A program made the position numbers and the translations under genes. Of a stretch of 64,000 nt of DNA, positions 62,154-64,000 are shown piece by piece. The DNA is from Amoebidium appalachense (taxonomy: Eukaryota > Protista > Ichthyosporea), in NCBI GenBank assembly GCA_963693365.1, contig CAVNZM010000003.1, positions 8,535,546 to 8,599,545 of the forward strand, in the 5' to 3' direction. Within the stretch, counting starts at the first letter, position 1; every line of letters starts with the position of its first letter. The notes under the pieces are model-generated. The model searched no databases, was not told the origin of the DNA, and worked only from the letters and a program-made list of their open reading frames with translations.

Positions 62154-64000
62154 TGCGCTATAATTTTGTAGTGATGTGTTTCTCAAGCCAATCAATACAT
62201 CTAATAAACAGGTCGTAGTTACGCGTGTTTAGTATAAAATCAAGGATGTTGTAATTTACAGGTAGGCTATCTTTCTGGGTGTCTGTTGTGAATGTGACGT
62301 GTGTGTGTTGCGGTATTATGTGGTCTATCAAACTACATTTGGCGATACATGACCGGTTAAACTGGTGTGTGTGTGTGTTGTTTGGGCATGCAAATGATGC
62401 CACCTTATACTTATTAGATCTCCACTGTATAGCACGTGTACAGTAAAAGCGTGGTAATTGATCAATAATACCATCAGCTAGAGAAAGACCAGTTCTACAG
62501 GAAGGTAATATGTATTTAGGTGTTATACACTTGCGAGTGCCATATTTGGCAATATGGTTGAGGCGGTCAGTATATATAAAACGAGACATAAGGCTTAGTT
62601 TTTCAAGGTGTATGCTTTCATCGGGTCTAGTGTCGTGTGGTATCTTTTTCCATTTGTTATATTGCGTGATTATCTTGTGATTGTGTACATGTTTAATAAG
62701 TAAGTGGCAGTCCAAAGTCACACACACACTATTGCGGGGTTTATTTGTATTTGTGCCCAGGGGAGAAGGGGAGAGAGAGGGGAGGAAAGAGGGGAGAGGT
62801 GAGGAGGGGACAGGTCGGATAGAGAAGAGAGGGTGGGAGGGCAAATACTTCTTTAAGCGGCTTATGTGCTTATTGAATTTCAGCGCGAGATAGGATACTC
62901 TAGCAGCTATTGGGACCAGACCATATATCGAGAGCGTTACAGGCCCAGGTTTACAACAGTTGTTAGATAGAAAGGAGGCAACTTCTGCTTCAAGGAAATT
63001 TGCCAAGGGTTTAAGCGCTCTAGTTCTCTCTTTCTTGATCCAAGCGGCGAGAAGGGGTAAACCATATTCACATGCCGGGAAGACAAAAGTGCGAATAAAT
63101 GTAAGTCTAATAGAAGGATGGAGGGGTGTGTCTTTAAAAATATTAGCCGAGAAGAAAGCTAACCGCTTACGAGCCAACTCTACCCTCTTTTCGACCATAT
63201 GGGGAAACATAACACCAACAGAATCAACCGGAACACCAAGATATTTGTATTCTGGAACTATAGGTACAGGTTTAGATGATAATGTAAATGTGTGTAAATT
63301 GTTAGCTATATCAGGTACAAGAACACCACATTTGTCTATGTTAAGGATCATAAGGTTTGCCTTGCACCACTCTGACACTACATCGAACAATCTTTGCAGG
63401 CGTCTAGGGGTACGGGCAAGGAGGGACAGATCATCAGCATAGAGAAGTGCAGGCGGAAAGTTATTAATAGGGTCATCGTTTTCGGCGTAAATCTTGACAG
63501 CCAAATCATCTATAAATAGGTTAAACAAAAAGGGGCTAAGCAATGAACCCTGCAAGAGACCTCTAGTACGAGCAAAACCATATGAAAGATGCCCATTAAC
63601 CACAGCTCTACCATAGGTTTGAGACAAGAGTGCTTCTAACAGAACACCAATGCAGTGTGGTACACCCCGTGCAGCAAGCTTTTCCCATAGGAGACCAGGG
63701 GAGACAGAATCGTAAGCAGTTTTCCAATCAATAAAGCCAACATATTGTGCACCAACTTGCATAGAATCGTGCAGTGCCATTATTTGAACATAACATGAAT
63801 TGTTTTTACGAAAAGCGGATTGGCATGGGTGTATGTGAAGAATAGATTGAAACCTAGGGTGATGTGCAAATAACCTAAGTAAGCAAGCTTCAAAGAATCT
63901 ACGAACAACCTGGGTTAGTGTAATGGGGCGAAAGGATGATATGGGGCCCTCAGAGTCCTTCTTAACTATGGGGATCACTAAGGTATCTAACCAAGATGAC
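61816..64000 (-). mobile_element. LINE-like element, probable 3' part including UTR ending …GTAAACCCCC
   Basis: On the minus strand the RT ORF is followed by (CA)n, an A33 run and the longest copy of the dispersed TSD-flanked repeat, in the same orientation. Confidence 0.65.
62158..64000 (-). CDS. Non-LTR retrotransposon reverse transcriptase (starts beyond window edge)
   Basis: FRPITL, QSAFR, FIDWKTAYDSV, GLLQGSLLSPFLFNLFIDDL, LLYADD, LNIDKC, YKYLGV. Cys/His-containing C-terminus (WR…C…H…F.R.C..C). Frame open to the edge. Confidence 0.93.
   Translation of the reverse strand, partial: SSWLDTLVIPIVKKDSEGPISSFRPITLTQVVRRFFEACLLRLFAHHPRFQSILHIHPCQSAFRKNNSCYVQIMALHDSMQVGAQYVGFIDWKTAYDSVSPGLLWEKLAARGVPHCIGVLLEALLSQTYGRAVVNGHLSYGFARTRGLLQGSLLSPFLFNLFIDDLAVKIYAENDDPINNFPPALLYADDLSLLARTPRRLQRLFDVVSEWCKANLMILNIDKCGVLVPDIANNLHTFTLSSKPVPIVPEYKYLGVPVDSVGVMFPHMVEKRVELARKRLAFFSANIFKDTPLHPSIRLTFIRTFVFPACEYGLPLLAAWIKKERTRALKPLANFLEAEVASFLSNNCCKPGPVTLSIYGLVPIAARVSYLALKFNKHISRLKKYLPSHPLFSIRPVPSSPLPSFLPSLSPSPLGTNTNKPRNSVCVTLDCHLLIKHVHNHKIITQYNKWKKIPHDTRPDESIHLEKLSLMSRFIYTDRLNHIAKYGTRKCITPKYILPSCRTGLSLADGIIDQLPRFYCTRAIQWRSNKYKVASFACPNNTHTHQFNRSCIAKCSLIDHIIPQHTHVTFTTDTQKDSLPVNYNILDFILNTRNYDLFIRCIDWLEKHITTKL

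Overview
Eukaryotic genomic DNA, very intron-dense with GT-AG introns and saturated with poly-C/poly-G and (CA)n/(CT)n tracts, so nearly all ORFs in the supplied track are low-complexity artefacts. The gene set suggests a unicellular opisthokont-like protist, but that is an inference only. Host genes read by eye: an intronless SINA/Siah E3 ligase (-), a ~28-exon gamma-tubulin complex component 5 gene (+, 3.1-26.6 kb), an 11-exon CBA1-like cobalamin-binding-protein homologue with N-terminal hydrophobic segment and GPI-like tail (-, 30.4-35.5 kb), a thrombospondin type-1 repeat gene (+, ~52-54 kb) and a MYND zinc-finger gene (+, 57.6-60.0 kb). A 12.5-kb retrotransposon nest (38.3-50.8 kb) holds a young full-length chromodomain Ty3/gypsy element inserted into an older copy of its own LTR, a solo LTR, and LTRs of a second family. 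A non-LTR reverse transcriptase runs off the right edge. Short TSD-flanked copies of a structured, non-poly(A) 3' end (…GTAAACCCC) next to it are dispersed through the window. Most notable: (i) sense-strand poly(C) tracts sitting just downstream of most 5' splice sites in two genes on opposite strands, (ii) the structured retroposed 3' end family, (iii) the apparently GPI-anchored CBA1-like protein, (iv) the chromovirus with no canonical PBS and an unresolved gag-pol junction. All calls are from manual reading; no searches were run.
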